Virus record (IMG/VR): IMGVR_UViG_3300026478_000263
Source of the DNA: a virus
Lineage: Duplodnaviria > Heunggongvirae > Uroviricota > Caudoviricetes
Length of the DNA: 64,000 nt
Direction: 5' to 3' (one strand)
This document shows positions 10,267 through 20,209 of this stretch, one piece after another. Under the pieces are notes generated by a model, which searched no databases, was not told where the DNA came from, and saw only the letters and a list, made by a program, of their open reading frames with translations. Numbering within the stretch: position 1 is the first letter of the stretch; the number at the start of each line of letters is the position of its first letter. The position numbers and the translations under genes were made by a program.

Positions 10267-10342
10267 GCCCCTTTAGCTCATCTGGTAGAGCAACTGATTT
10301 GTAATCAGTAGGTGGTCTGTTCGAGTCGGACAAGGGGCACCA
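10267..10342 (+). tRNA. tRNA-Thr (anticodon TGT)
   Basis: cloverleaf with 7-bp acceptor, anticodon loop TTTGTAA, T-loop TTCGAGT, encoded CCA. Confidence 0.8.
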
Positions 10343-10364
10343 TTTTTAACTTCAGGAGAAATTT

Positions 10365-11054
10365 ATGTTTGGTGCAAGTTACACAGGTACTGGAATTTAC
10401 CGTTCAGCCGCACAGATCAATGAAGCAATGGGTCGTGTCTATGGACACATGAGCCTAGCAGTTCTTGTGTCTATGATTGTTAGTTACTTTGTAGGTACTA
10501 GCCCAGAATTGTTACAATTCTTCTTTACAGGTGTAATGAAGTGGATTGTAATTTTTGCACCACTGGTTGCTATCTTTGGTGTTAGCATGGTACTATCTAA
10601 TAACCCTAGTAAACAAGTCGCCCAACTATGCTTACATGGTTTTGCGGCATTAATGGGTTTGAGCTTTGCTACAATTTTTGCTATCTTTACCATGGGCAGT
10701 ATTGTTAGTGCGTTTATGGGTGCGGCGATCTTGTTTGGTACAATGAGCTTCTATGGATACTTTACAAAACGTAGTTTGGAAAGTCTTGGACAGTTTATGT
10801 TCATTGGATTGATTGCTATTGTTATTGCCAGTATTGTTAACATCTTTATTGGTAGTAGTGTAATGGCCATGGTTATCAGTGCATTAGCAATTATTATCTT
10901 TCTAGGATTAACTGCTTACGATACACAGCAAATACGAGAAATGGTTTCAATCGACTCTGATCCTGCAACCGAAGTAACAGGTGCATTAACACTATATATG
11001 GATTTTATTAATCTGTTCATTAATTTACTACAGTTGTTTGGTGATAGAAAATAA
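10365..11054 (+). CDS. Bax inhibitor-1/YccA family membrane protein (FtsH modulator)
   Basis: 7 predicted TM helices, 229 aa, C-terminal AYDTQQI...LYMDFINLF motif characteristic of the BI-1/YccA family. Confidence 0.8.
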   Translation: MFGASYTGTGIYRSAAQINEAMGRVYGHMSLAVLVSMIVSYFVGTSPELLQFFFTGVMKWIVIFAPLVAIFGVSMVLSNNPSKQVAQLCLHGFAALMGLSFATIFAIFTMGSIVSAFMGAAILFGTMSFYGYFTKRSLESLGQFMFIGLIAIVIASIVNIFIGSSVMAMVISALAIIIFLGLTAYDTQQIREMVSIDSDPATEVTGALTLYMDFINLFINLLQLFGDRK

Positions 11055-11075
11055 TTAACTAGTATGTTAATTAAT

Positions 11076-11105
11076 AAAAGGGCTCTTCGGAGCCCTTTTT
11101 TATTA
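11076..11105 (+). terminator. rho-independent terminator
   Basis: GGGCTCTTCGGAGCCC hairpin followed by TTTTTTATT. Confidence 0.7.
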
Positions 11106-11168
11106 TGTGGTAATAGAATCTTTCTTGCTCTAGATTAAATAATAGTGAGATAGCCGGGAGCGAACCGA

Positions 11169-11708
11169 ATGAAAAAACTATTATCACTTATAGCATTATT
11201 GCCTATGATTGTATCGGCAGCACCTTTAGGTGATTACACCTTTAAGAGTCCTGCCTTTAACGGCGTAGGTTACAGCAGTCATGTATTAACCATTGAGAAT
11301 CAAGAGCGCACACGTCAGAAAGAACGTGCAGATAAACTACAGGCTGAAATTGACAAAGCAGCCGCAGATAAGAAAAACACCAACCTTGCTAAGTTTGTTA
11401 GTAACTTAGAATCACGTATCTATGCACAGATTAGTCAGAACGTAGCAACCGCTATGTTTGCCAATAACAACTGTACAGCAAGTAGCAACACAAACTGTTC
11501 TGGCAACATTGACTTCCAGGGCAACTATATTAGTTGGGGCAGAGTTAGTAGTGCTAACGATGCTAACTGTTCAACAGCCTACGGATACTGCATTATGTTA
11601 AAGATTGCAGATCCTACAGCCACTAACCCAAGTACAGCATCATGCACAGACACTGGAATGAGTTGTGTGTATGTTCCATTAAGTTCATTCCAAATGCCGG
11701 GGAACTAA
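11169..11708 (+). CDS. csgF: CsgF-like curli assembly protein (secreted)
   Basis: signal peptide; YTFKSPAFNGVG resembles CsgF FQFRNPNFGG motif; downstream QISQNV segment resembles CsgF; directly upstream of csgG. Confidence 0.55.
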   Translation: MKKLLSLIALLPMIVSAAPLGDYTFKSPAFNGVGYSSHVLTIENQERTRQKERADKLQAEIDKAAADKKNTNLAKFVSNLESRIYAQISQNVATAMFANNNCTASSNTNCSGNIDFQGNYISWGRVSSANDANCSTAYGYCIMLKIADPTATNPSTASCTDTGMSCVYVPLSSFQMPGN

Positions 11709-11711
11709 GAC

Positions 11712-12881
11712 ATGAAAAAGACAATACTATCCCTAGCAGTTTTAACTATGCTTTCAGGTTGTGCTGTTATGCAGACAACTGGAGTACTAGACAAGAGTCC
11801 TGAAGTTACAGGGCAAATGACTAATGTTAAGAAAGAATTTGATACAATACCTAGTCCAATCGCTGGAAGACCACTAAGCGTGGCCGTTTATAGTTTTACT
11901 GATAAAACAGGTCAACGTAGACCGCAGGCAAACATTGCCAGTTTATCAACAGCAGTGACACAGGGTGCAGAAACATTCTTAATACAGGCATTACAAAATG
12001 TAGGACGCGGTCAATGGTTCGACGTTGTAGAACGTGTGGGCATTGATAACCTAACTAAAGAACGTTTAATTATTAGGCAAATGCGCGAAGCATATGAAGG
12101 TAAAGATGCTAAACCATTGCTACCAATGCAATTCGCTGGAATTATTGTAGAAGGCGGAATAGTAGGCTACGATCAAAGCACTACCAGCGGTGGTGTAGGT
12201 CAACGTATATTTGGCATAGGCAAAAATACACAGTGGAGCACTGATACAGTAACAGTAAGTTTACGAGCAGTTAGCGTAAACACTGGTAAGGTATTAGCCA
12301 CAGTGACAGTACAAAAGACTATCTTAAGTTCAGCAGACAGCGTATCTGCATTAAAATTCTTTGACGCAGGCACTAAGGCATTTGAAGCAGAAGCAGGTTT
12401 AACTATCAATGAACCTGGCACTTACGCTACAAAGGCAACTATTGAAATGGCAGTCGTAGAGTTAATTAAGGAAGGACAACGTAAAGGTGTATGGGAGTTT
12501 AAACCAGAATCCGCACCAGCGGCCAAGGCACCTGTACCAGCACCAGCGGCCCAGCCGGTAATTAGCTCTGAGATTAAAGAAGAAGTTAAAGTAGAGGAGA
12601 AGAAAGATGTCGTGGTTCAATCACAAACCAAATCCGAAACCGAAACCAAGGCCGTACCCAGTACCGCCGCAAAAGAACTAGAGAAGTTACCTACAGAAGC
12701 AATTCTAAAGGATGCTCAGTTTATATACAAGGAGCCAAACGAAAAGAGTCAAAGGACTTGGCAGTTTAAGCCAAATACACGAGTATTCATAACCGGGAGC
12801 GAAGGTGATTGGGTACAAGTGCAGGACGTAGAGAAGCGTAAAGGGTTTGTTAAAAAAGAAGTAGTTAACAAACAAAAATAA
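11712..12881 (+). CDS. csgG: CsgG curli secretion channel lipoprotein with C-terminal SH3b-like extension
   Basis: lipobox LSGC; long blocks nearly identical to E. coli CsgG (IIVEGGIVGYDQSTTSGGVGQRIFGIGKNTQW...LRAVSVNTGKVL...KTILS); extra Pro/Ala linker plus ~70 aa GDWVQVQ domain. Confidence 0.9.
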   Translation: MKKTILSLAVLTMLSGCAVMQTTGVLDKSPEVTGQMTNVKKEFDTIPSPIAGRPLSVAVYSFTDKTGQRRPQANIASLSTAVTQGAETFLIQALQNVGRGQWFDVVERVGIDNLTKERLIIRQMREAYEGKDAKPLLPMQFAGIIVEGGIVGYDQSTTSGGVGQRIFGIGKNTQWSTDTVTVSLRAVSVNTGKVLATVTVQKTILSSADSVSALKFFDAGTKAFEAEAGLTINEPGTYATKATIEMAVVELIKEGQRKGVWEFKPESAPAAKAPVPAPAAQPVISSEIKEEVKVEEKKDVVVQSQTKSETETKAVPSTAAKELEKLPTEAILKDAQFIYKEPNEKSQRTWQFKPNTRVFITGSEGDWVQVQDVEKRKGFVKKEVVNKQK

Positions 12882-12964
12882 GAAAGAGAGGTAGCACTTT
12901 AAATTTTTTAATGGTCTTAGACCAAGGAGCGAGTTAGGGAAGATAACCTAATTCTGTAAAAACG

Positions 12965-13939
12965 ATGCATAAGAGAATCACAGGCGCTGGTGGGTTGTCG
13001 AGAAAATTACTCACAATTCTGGTGTTGTCTGCAATGACAACATTGGGTTATGCGGCTGACAATAGCATTTACATTGATCAGTCCGGCGATAATAGTACTA
13101 TTACTATGACTCAAGACGGAGCAGGAAACAAAGTAAAGGGTATATTATTAAATGGCACAGCAGGTGGAACAACTGATCCTGCTAAACTAACTGGTGCCGC
13201 ACAGACTATCAACATTGAGCAAACAGGAGCAACTAACGTATTGGCGTTAGGTGTTAACTCAACACAAGGTGGTACTGTACAAGGTTATGCTAATATTGGT
13301 GTGAATTTAAATTACCAAGTAAGTGGTGGTGGAAACACAGGTTACATTAATATTAACAATAATGGTACAGGCACAGCCAGTGGTAACGTTGTTAGTTTTG
13401 TTCAAAGTGGCGGTAGTGCAACTACAACACTTAACATGACTGGTACAAGTAACCAATTAACTGTTGGAACTAGTGGTGGTGCTAACAACACATTTACAGG
13501 TACAATCAACGCTGATGAAACTGTAGCAACTGTTAGTCAAACAGGTGGCGGCGGCAACGCAACTACACTTAACATGACCGGAAACAAAGGTCAAGTTAGT
13601 CTAACAACTGTTGGTGCAACTAACACTACATCTGTAACACAGAGTGCATACGGTGTAACTGGTGCTCAAGCAATTATCAACATCACAGGTTCTGGTAATA
13701 CTACAGACGTAACACAAACTGGTGCGTACGATCACTATGCTAGTATTACTGTAACAGGCGGTAGCAATGGCATTACACTTGCACAAACAGGTGGATCTGC
13801 TACTGGACACAGCACAACGTTATCTGTAACAGGTAGTACTAATACTATTGGTATTACACAACAAGGATCAGTTAGCAATCTAACTAATCTTGCTATATCA
13901 GGAAGTGGCAACACTTACACTATTTTACAGAAAAACTAA
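12965..13939 (+). CDS. curlin-repeat (CsgA/CsgB-like) secreted protein
   Basis: signal peptide; many degenerate repeats of type xTQxGxxNxxxxxxxGxxN (e.g. VTQTGAYD..., ITQQGSVSN...) typical of curlin subunits; Gly/Thr/Asn/Gln-rich. Confidence 0.7.
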   Translation: MHKRITGAGGLSRKLLTILVLSAMTTLGYAADNSIYIDQSGDNSTITMTQDGAGNKVKGILLNGTAGGTTDPAKLTGAAQTINIEQTGATNVLALGVNSTQGGTVQGYANIGVNLNYQVSGGGNTGYININNNGTGTASGNVVSFVQSGGSATTTLNMTGTSNQLTVGTSGGANNTFTGTINADETVATVSQTGGGGNATTLNMTGNKGQVSLTTVGATNTTSVTQSAYGVTGAQAIINITGSGNTTDVTQTGAYDHYASITVTGGSNGITLAQTGGSATGHSTTLSVTGSTNTIGITQQGSVSNLTNLAISGSGNTYTILQKN

Positions 13940-13948
13940 GAGGGTTCC

Positions 13949-15055
13949 ATGAAATTATGGATGGTAGTATTATGCGTTCCGTTGCTGAGTACATCGTTGG
14001 CCTACGCCGCGATAGGCAAAGTAACGGAACAAATCAATACACCCCCGACTATCCAGAGACAGAATTCGACACTAACGGCGTCGAAAGGGACTGGAGTGGA
14101 AATGAACGATGCGATCAAGACCCAGCAGGGCAAGGTGGGGATAACATTTGAGGACGATACTAAAGTCCAAGTCAATGAAAATTCTAAACTTGTAATTGAT
14201 GATTTCGTTTATGATCCAAAAAGTAAGGCGGGTAAACTAGGTGCTAAGATTGCTCTTGGCACAGTTCGTTATGCGTCTGGACAGATTGCTAAGAATTCGC
14301 CTCAGAATGTGGCCCTTTCTACTCCTAGTGCTACTGTTGCTGTACGCGGTACTGACTTTACTGCCACTGTAGACGAGCTAGGCGAAAGTACAATTATTCT
14401 TTTACCTAGTTGTCCTAATGATAGACCAACACGCTCAGTTAGAGATATTGAAACTAACTGTAAGACTGGCAGTATTGAAGTTAGCAATGATGTAGGTACT
14501 GTAATACTAAATCAACCCTTCCAAGTAACTAAAGTTCAAAGTAGAACACAACCTCCTACACCGCCTAAAGTATTAAATCTAAGTGAAATGGCCATTGGCA
14601 ATATGTTAATTGTCAGTCCTCCGCGCGAAGTCAAACAAGCACAACAAGAACAACAGAGAACATTTAATGCTTTAGACTTTGACTTTTTAAAAGAGAAAGG
14701 TTTGGAGAATTATTTAGATATGCAGGCCAATATGATTTATGAAGATAAGTTAGCCAAAAACTTTTTGTCTAATGATTTCCTTGCTAACTTATTCGACATT
14801 GTGGGAAACATACTGGATCAAAAGTTTTTAGATCCTGTAGATCCTGTGCTACCAGACTATAAAAAGTCCAGTGGCATTATAGCCTACAAAGATGATATGA
14901 GTGTTGAACTCTGTCGCGACAACGGTGCTGACATACAATGTGTTAAAACACCACTCACACAAAACTCAACAATATTACAAACACAGGGCAATTTAGAATT
15001 TAAGAACAGAATAAATCAGGGAGGTAATACTATTATTACCTTGATACAAAAATGA
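13949..15055 (+). CDS. secreted hypothetical protein (curli-cluster associated)
   Basis: signal peptide; beta-rich; sits between curlin-repeat genes, ATGA overlap with downstream gene. Confidence 0.4.
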   Translation: MKLWMVVLCVPLLSTSLAYAAIGKVTEQINTPPTIQRQNSTLTASKGTGVEMNDAIKTQQGKVGITFEDDTKVQVNENSKLVIDDFVYDPKSKAGKLGAKIALGTVRYASGQIAKNSPQNVALSTPSATVAVRGTDFTATVDELGESTIILLPSCPNDRPTRSVRDIETNCKTGSIEVSNDVGTVILNQPFQVTKVQSRTQPPTPPKVLNLSEMAIGNMLIVSPPREVKQAQQEQQRTFNALDFDFLKEKGLENYLDMQANMIYEDKLAKNFLSNDFLANLFDIVGNILDQKFLDPVDPVLPDYKKSSGIIAYKDDMSVELCRDNGADIQCVKTPLTQNSTILQTQGNLEFKNRINQGGNTIITLIQK

Positions 15056-17445
15056 TAAAACGTTTATTACAGTTCCTTGTGTTTTTAACTGTGTGCATTA
15101 GCGCACATAGTCAGGCTGTGACTTATAATGCTATTGCTACTGCTTATGTTACTACTACAATTAGTCAACAAGTAGTGTTTGATAGTAATATGCAACAAGG
15201 CGGTACATTTACAATGAGTGTACTAGCACACAACGGCGGCGGCCGTGCAGGACAAAGTGATACGGCTAACGTAAAGATACAGTTCTATAACAGCAGTGGT
15301 GGATTAATCACTAGCGTAAACTCAACTAACTCTGCTAACTTACCAAACCCAAATGCTGTGTGTGGTAATCCTTGTATTGATACTGCGGTACCTTGGACTA
15401 CAGTAACTATCAGTGCAACGCTTACTGCGGCACAAGCAAGCCAAGTAGCCTATGCCACAGTCAGTATGTACGGTATTGATGGAAGTTACTGGGCAGGTGA
15501 TTATGGTCCTTGGTATCGTGCTCCTACATTCCAACTTAATGGCGGCGGCAACTTATTGTATAACCCGGAGTTTGGGCCTTATAATAATATAACAGCACAA
15601 GGTTGGGTATCAAATCCAGGGTTCGGTGCTTGTCAAGGTGCATGGGGCGGATCAAATGCCTGTATCGTTAACAGCGATGGAGTGCCTGGTTCGAGTACAG
15701 TTGGCTTAGTTGCTAACGCTAACGGTGGCGGCCCTAGTGCTACTGGTGGTACTACTAGTGGTACTGCTGGTGGATATAATAACACAATGTCAGTGACCAA
15801 TGCTGGCACGGGCGCAACTGCCGGTGCGGCTCCTGCTCCGACTCCTACAGTAACAGGAACTAGTGTAACTTATACAACTAGAACTGTGGTTAATGGTAAT
15901 ACAACTACTGTTTATCGCACACCTGTAACTACAACAACTTACAGCGACGGAACTAGCACAAGTACAAATGGTACTGAAGCAGTATATCAAACTAAGGTTG
16001 CGTCTAACGTAGTAACTACAAAAATTGTAAACGGTGTTCTGACAACAACTACAACACCAATTAATACAGTTACTACAACCGGCGTTAATGGCAGCACCAT
16101 AGAAGCAAACGGCACAGCAACAACTACAACACAAAACATACAGCAGGGATTAAACTATAAAGTCTACAAATTCGATCCTTACACTTATAACTGCGGTTGG
16201 TTAGGTTGTATTAAAAACTGGTTAGGGCCATATCGTGTACCTGATATGCCACCTGGTGGACAGCCTGTTAGTATTGGTACAACTAGTAACGGAGTTTATG
16301 TTCCGACTAACGGCAGTTTTCCAAATATGGACACTGGTACCTTAGTTAGATTCAACGGAACGATTACTGCTCCGACGACACAAAATTATCCTGCAGGTAC
16401 TGTATATAGATTATACTTCTATAGCAACAGCGATGACGGATTTGTTATGAGTGTAAACGGACAAACAGTTATCAACGATAGATCTACATTCCAACTTCAG
16501 AGTATAGGTGGCTATACAGCGTCTGGCTGGATAGACATAGTAGCAGGACAGACTTATAATTTTGAAGCATGGTACTGGAACGACACCGGCGGCTATGGAC
16601 TACGTTTTCAATGGGACTACGGTGCAGGCCGTATGAACGTACCTAACTCTGCATTTACTACAGGGTGGATTACTGAAACAAATACAATTGACACTAGTGG
16701 ATTTGTTTATTCTAACAGCGCAGTAGTTGACGTGTCGGGTACAACAGTTTTATTAGGACCAGTAGTTGAAGGTGGAACAATTACACAAACAAATGCGCCT
16801 GGTGATCAAGTTATAGGTAGCGGTGGCTCATACGTTCCTCCAGCAGATATAGATGTTAAACAAACTAGAATTAATACTTGGAACAACGGTACACAAAACT
16901 ACAATAACGAATTGTACATCACACAAACATACGGTACTAACAATAATGTAACTATTACACAAAGTGGTACTAAGAACAAAATCGAATTTACCTTAGAAGG
17001 AAACAACAATATTGTTAATAATACTCAAACTGGCAGTAACTACTTAAAGCAAGAAGTGCCTGGGTGGGGCAATAACATAACTACTAATCAGTCAAATGCT
17101 AGTGGTTCAAATTATGCTGAAACTAAAATACAAGGAAATGGTAATACTGTAAATCATACACAAACCGGTAATCACATATTGTTCAGTAAAGTTACAGGCG
17201 ATATTAATACTGTAAACACTACACAGTCTGGCGGTGCTGGCCATTTCGCTGATATTACACTAACAGGAAATAACAACTCAGCACTAGTGACACAAACAGG
17301 AAATACTGCTAACAGAGCAGTTATTGATGTAACTAACGCAGGTGGCCCAGCCAGTGTTGACCTGCAACAAACAGGCGGCAAATCATTTAGCATCATTCAA
17401 AGTTGTACAAATCCAGCGGGTTGTAGCACAGTTGTTCGCCAATAA
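15052..17445 (+). CDS. giant secreted Thr-rich protein with PA14-like domain and C-terminal curlin repeats
   Basis: signal peptide; Thr/Gly-rich low-complexity; PA14-like segment (GYGLRFQWDYGAG); C-terminal repeats VTITQSGTKN / NTTQSGGAGH / VTQTGNTAN of curlin type. Confidence 0.6.
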   Translation: MIKRLLQFLVFLTVCISAHSQAVTYNAIATAYVTTTISQQVVFDSNMQQGGTFTMSVLAHNGGGRAGQSDTANVKIQFYNSSGGLITSVNSTNSANLPNPNAVCGNPCIDTAVPWTTVTISATLTAAQASQVAYATVSMYGIDGSYWAGDYGPWYRAPTFQLNGGGNLLYNPEFGPYNNITAQGWVSNPGFGACQGAWGGSNACIVNSDGVPGSSTVGLVANANGGGPSATGGTTSGTAGGYNNTMSVTNAGTGATAGAAPAPTPTVTGTSVTYTTRTVVNGNTTTVYRTPVTTTTYSDGTSTSTNGTEAVYQTKVASNVVTTKIVNGVLTTTTTPINTVTTTGVNGSTIEANGTATTTTQNIQQGLNYKVYKFDPYTYNCGWLGCIKNWLGPYRVPDMPPGGQPVSIGTTSNGVYVPTNGSFPNMDTGTLVRFNGTITAPTTQNYPAGTVYRLYFYSNSDDGFVMSVNGQTVINDRSTFQLQSIGGYTASGWIDIVAGQTYNFEAWYWNDTGGYGLRFQWDYGAGRMNVPNSAFTTGWITETNTIDTSGFVYSNSAVVDVSGTTVLLGPVVEGGTITQTNAPGDQVIGSGGSYVPPADIDVKQTRINTWNNGTQNYNNELYITQTYGTNNNVTITQSGTKNKIEFTLEGNNNIVNNTQTGSNYLKQEVPGWGNNITTNQSNASGSNYAETKIQGNGNTVNHTQTGNHILFSKVTGDINTVNTTQSGGAGHFADITLTGNNNSALVTQTGNTANRAVIDVTNAGGPASVDLQQTGGKSFSIIQSCTNPAGCSTVVRQ

Positions 17446-17463
17446 AATCTAACTAAATATTGG

Positions 17464-17607
17464 ATGCTGAAAAACATCTTAATATTAGCAATTATTACAA
17501 CCTTAGCAGGCTGCGCCGGAATAGCATTTTGCGACAAAGACGGACGACCCAAGGGTTGCCACTCATGGGATCCTGCTACTCGAAACGGCGCGGCACCAAG
17601 ATCATGA
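17464..17607 (+). CDS. small lipoprotein (47 aa), not in ORF track
   Basis: ATG at 17464 encodes MLKNILILAIITTLAGCAG... with a classical lipobox; stop overlaps next gene start (ATGA). Confidence 0.3.
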   Translation: MLKNILILAIITTLAGCAGIAFCDKDGRPKGCHSWDPATRNGAAPRS

Positions 17608-18140
17608 GAGCAAAAGAATTTATAAAAGAAGCAGAAGCAAGTGACGCCGATTTAAAAGCAAGATATGGTGACTTCGATCCTGAAGATAAAATAATGCTTC
17701 CAACTACAAAATTAAGCAGAGAACCTGCAGCCACGCTTTGGACAGCATATGATGTAGTTAGAAATATTCTAGGTAGAGATAGAGTAACTGACGATGATGA
17801 CGAATTAGGTCCTGGAATGTATTATGTCTACCAGAGTAGCGGAGATCCAATGTTTAGGGATACAGGCGACGGCGTTGGCAGTATCAACTTACCAAATCTA
17901 GACAGCACCGCGGCACGAGACGTTGCTGTTGCGGCCCACGAAGCATATCACGCTTATGTACACGCTAAAAGTAAAGGCGGCTTTGCACACGCTAATGAAA
18001 AGATTATTAACAACTTAGCAGAAAAATGGTTGCGTAAACATTTATCAGGACAAGCCTTACATACAGCATTAGAACAAATTATAGGCAGTAGAATTAGTTA
18101 CGGCCGCAACCACTTACCAAAGCCAGGATTTAAAAAATGA
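17604..18140 (+). CDS. putative injected zinc metalloprotease with T4-like capsid-targeting N-terminus
   Basis: starts MRAKEFIKEAE (internal Met of track ORF 17460..18140); contains HEAYH (HExxH) motif. Confidence 0.5.
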   Translation: MRAKEFIKEAEASDADLKARYGDFDPEDKIMLPTTKLSREPAATLWTAYDVVRNILGRDRVTDDDDELGPGMYYVYQSSGDPMFRDTGDGVGSINLPNLDSTAARDVAVAAHEAYHAYVHAKSKGGFAHANEKIINNLAEKWLRKHLSGQALHTALEQIIGSRISYGRNHLPKPGFKK

Positions 18141-20188
18141 AAATACAATTCAAAAAAATACTAGTAAGTCCATGGACTGCTTTACTAACTCTAGCACTAG
18201 TTGTTGGTGTCAGAGTTGCAGATCCTACATTTGTTGAAAGCGTAAGACTACGTTATTTTGACACATTAATTACAAGTAAAGAAGTTACAGTTAACAACAT
18301 AGTTACTGTAAATATCGACGAAGCCACGTTAGACAAATATGGTCAGTGGCCCTTACCAAGAGCAGAATATGCTAAACTTGTGAAGGAACTATACCAAAGA
18401 AATGCAGGACTTGTTGTACTTAATGTTCTTATGCCAGAGACAGATCGTACTGGTGGAGATGGTGCGCTAGGACAAACTCTAAAAGAGTTCCCTGTAGTAC
18501 TAGGAAGTGCGCCAGCACAGAAAACAAAGAATACACCACGTGTTCCAGGATCGGCTGTACTAGGTCCAGAACATCTAGATCAAATTATTCAATACCCGGG
18601 ACTAATCGCCAACGTTCCTCAACTAGAACAAAATGCCGCAGGTGTTGGCATTACAGGAACACTTCCAGAAGTAGATGGTGTTAATCGCCGCATGCCGTTA
18701 ATTGTTACTGTAGACGGCAAATTATATCCAGCATTGAGTTTAGAGACACTTAGAGTCGCCGCAGGAGACTCTACCTTCCAAGTAAAACTTTTTGAAGGCG
18801 GCGTTGAGAAAATGCGTATTCCAAAGTTTGGTCCTATTGCTACAGATAGTTTAGGAAGAATTTGGATCGATTGGAGCCAAGAAGCTCATAGCGTTAGTGC
18901 TGTTAAACTTCCAAAAGATTTAGGTGGCGCCGTCGTTATTGTAGGTCCTACTGCCGCTGGTATTAGTAATCCGTTACCGACAAGCAAAGGTGCTGTATTT
19001 CCTCACGAAGTGCAGGCCGCAGTAATTGGTACAATGGTTAACGGCATTGTTATTCAACGTCCCGACTATGCCGACGGGGTTGAAATTTTAGCATTAGTAT
19101 CACTTGGCATATTATTAATTTTCTTATCGAGGTGGACTTATGTTGGCATTGGTGCTACTGTGGTTATTGTTGGTGCCATCGTTCCTGGTACTATCTACGC
19201 TTTCAATAATTGGCTCGTCTTGGGAGACGCGACTGCGATCGCGTTTGGCCTTATTATCGTTGCTCTTCATTGTTATGGCGTTAAGTTTATAAGCGAGTTT
19301 TTACAGAAACAGGCAATTAAGAAACAGTTCGCTGGATACTGTAGTAAGGAAGTAGTAGAAATGCTACAAAAAGATCCAGACCTAATCAAGCGTGGTGTGC
19401 GTAAAGACGTATCCGTTATGTTCAGTGACTTGCGTGGCTTTACACCCATTGGAGAACACTACGGTGATGATGTTGCTGGATTAGGCAAGTATATGAACGG
19501 TTACATGGATGCTATTAGTCAGCCTATCATGGACAACAAGGGTATGGTCATAAAGTATGTAGGTGACGCAAGTATGCACATACACGGTGCTCCGATTGAA
19601 GATCCTAATCATGCCCGTACTATTGTTGCTGTTGGTTTACAGATGTTAGATGCTGTTGATGAGTATACTAAACTAATGGAAGCACAAGGCTTACCACCAG
19701 CCGCAATGGGTTGGGGTTGTAACTCAGGTATTGGCTTTATTGGTGAGATGGGATCAACTGACAGACATAGTTACGACATCTTAGGTGACATGGTTTCAAC
19801 CGCCGCTCGTTTAGAAGCACGTTGTAAGGCCTATGGCGTGTTATGTATCATCGGTGCTGAAACTTACAACCGTACTAAAGATGACTTCTTCTATCTAATG
19901 CTAGATAACTTACAACCTAAAGGCAAAACTGTAGCAGACTTAATCTATACAGCATTAAGAACCAAAGGTGAAGATTACAGTAAAGATAAAGTACAGCACG
20001 AGTTGATGCATGCCTTGTATAAACAAAAGAAGTTCGACGAAGCAGCCGCTATGTGTAAAAAACTAAAAGGCAACTTTGGTGGACAAATGGACAAGTACTA
20101 CAAAATCTGGATTGAACGTTGCGAGTTTATGAAAGAACAGAACCTTCCAGATAATTGGAATGGTGAATTCATAGCACATGAAAAATAA
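18137..20188 (+). CDS. CHASE2 sensor domain / class III adenylate(guanylate) cyclase
   Basis: N-terminal TM plus periplasmic CHASE2-like domain and several TM helices; C-terminal cyclase motifs VSVMFSDLRGFT ... KYVGDASM. Confidence 0.8.
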   Translation: MKIQFKKILVSPWTALLTLALVVGVRVADPTFVESVRLRYFDTLITSKEVTVNNIVTVNIDEATLDKYGQWPLPRAEYAKLVKELYQRNAGLVVLNVLMPETDRTGGDGALGQTLKEFPVVLGSAPAQKTKNTPRVPGSAVLGPEHLDQIIQYPGLIANVPQLEQNAAGVGITGTLPEVDGVNRRMPLIVTVDGKLYPALSLETLRVAAGDSTFQVKLFEGGVEKMRIPKFGPIATDSLGRIWIDWSQEAHSVSAVKLPKDLGGAVVIVGPTAAGISNPLPTSKGAVFPHEVQAAVIGTMVNGIVIQRPDYADGVEILALVSLGILLIFLSRWTYVGIGATVVIVGAIVPGTIYAFNNWLVLGDATAIAFGLIIVALHCYGVKFISEFLQKQAIKKQFAGYCSKEVVEMLQKDPDLIKRGVRKDVSVMFSDLRGFTPIGEHYGDDVAGLGKYMNGYMDAISQPIMDNKGMVIKYVGDASMHIHGAPIEDPNHARTIVAVGLQMLDAVDEYTKLMEAQGLPPAAMGWGCNSGIGFIGEMGSTDRHSYDILGDMVSTAARLEARCKAYGVLCIIGAETYNRTKDDFFYLMLDNLQPKGKTVADLIYTALRTKGEDYSKDKVQHELMHALYKQKKFDEAAAMCKKLKGNFGGQMDKYYKIWIERCEFMKEQNLPDNWNGEFIAHEK

Positions 20189-20209
20189 TTTGACAGAGAT
20201 TATAGCAGA

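Noticed and set aside
17460-17603. N-terminal extension of track ORF 17460-18140
   Set aside because: The upstream region in this frame lacks an RBS. A different frame encodes a lipobox peptide (17464-17607). The conserved MRAKEFI start at 17604 matches two paralogues.
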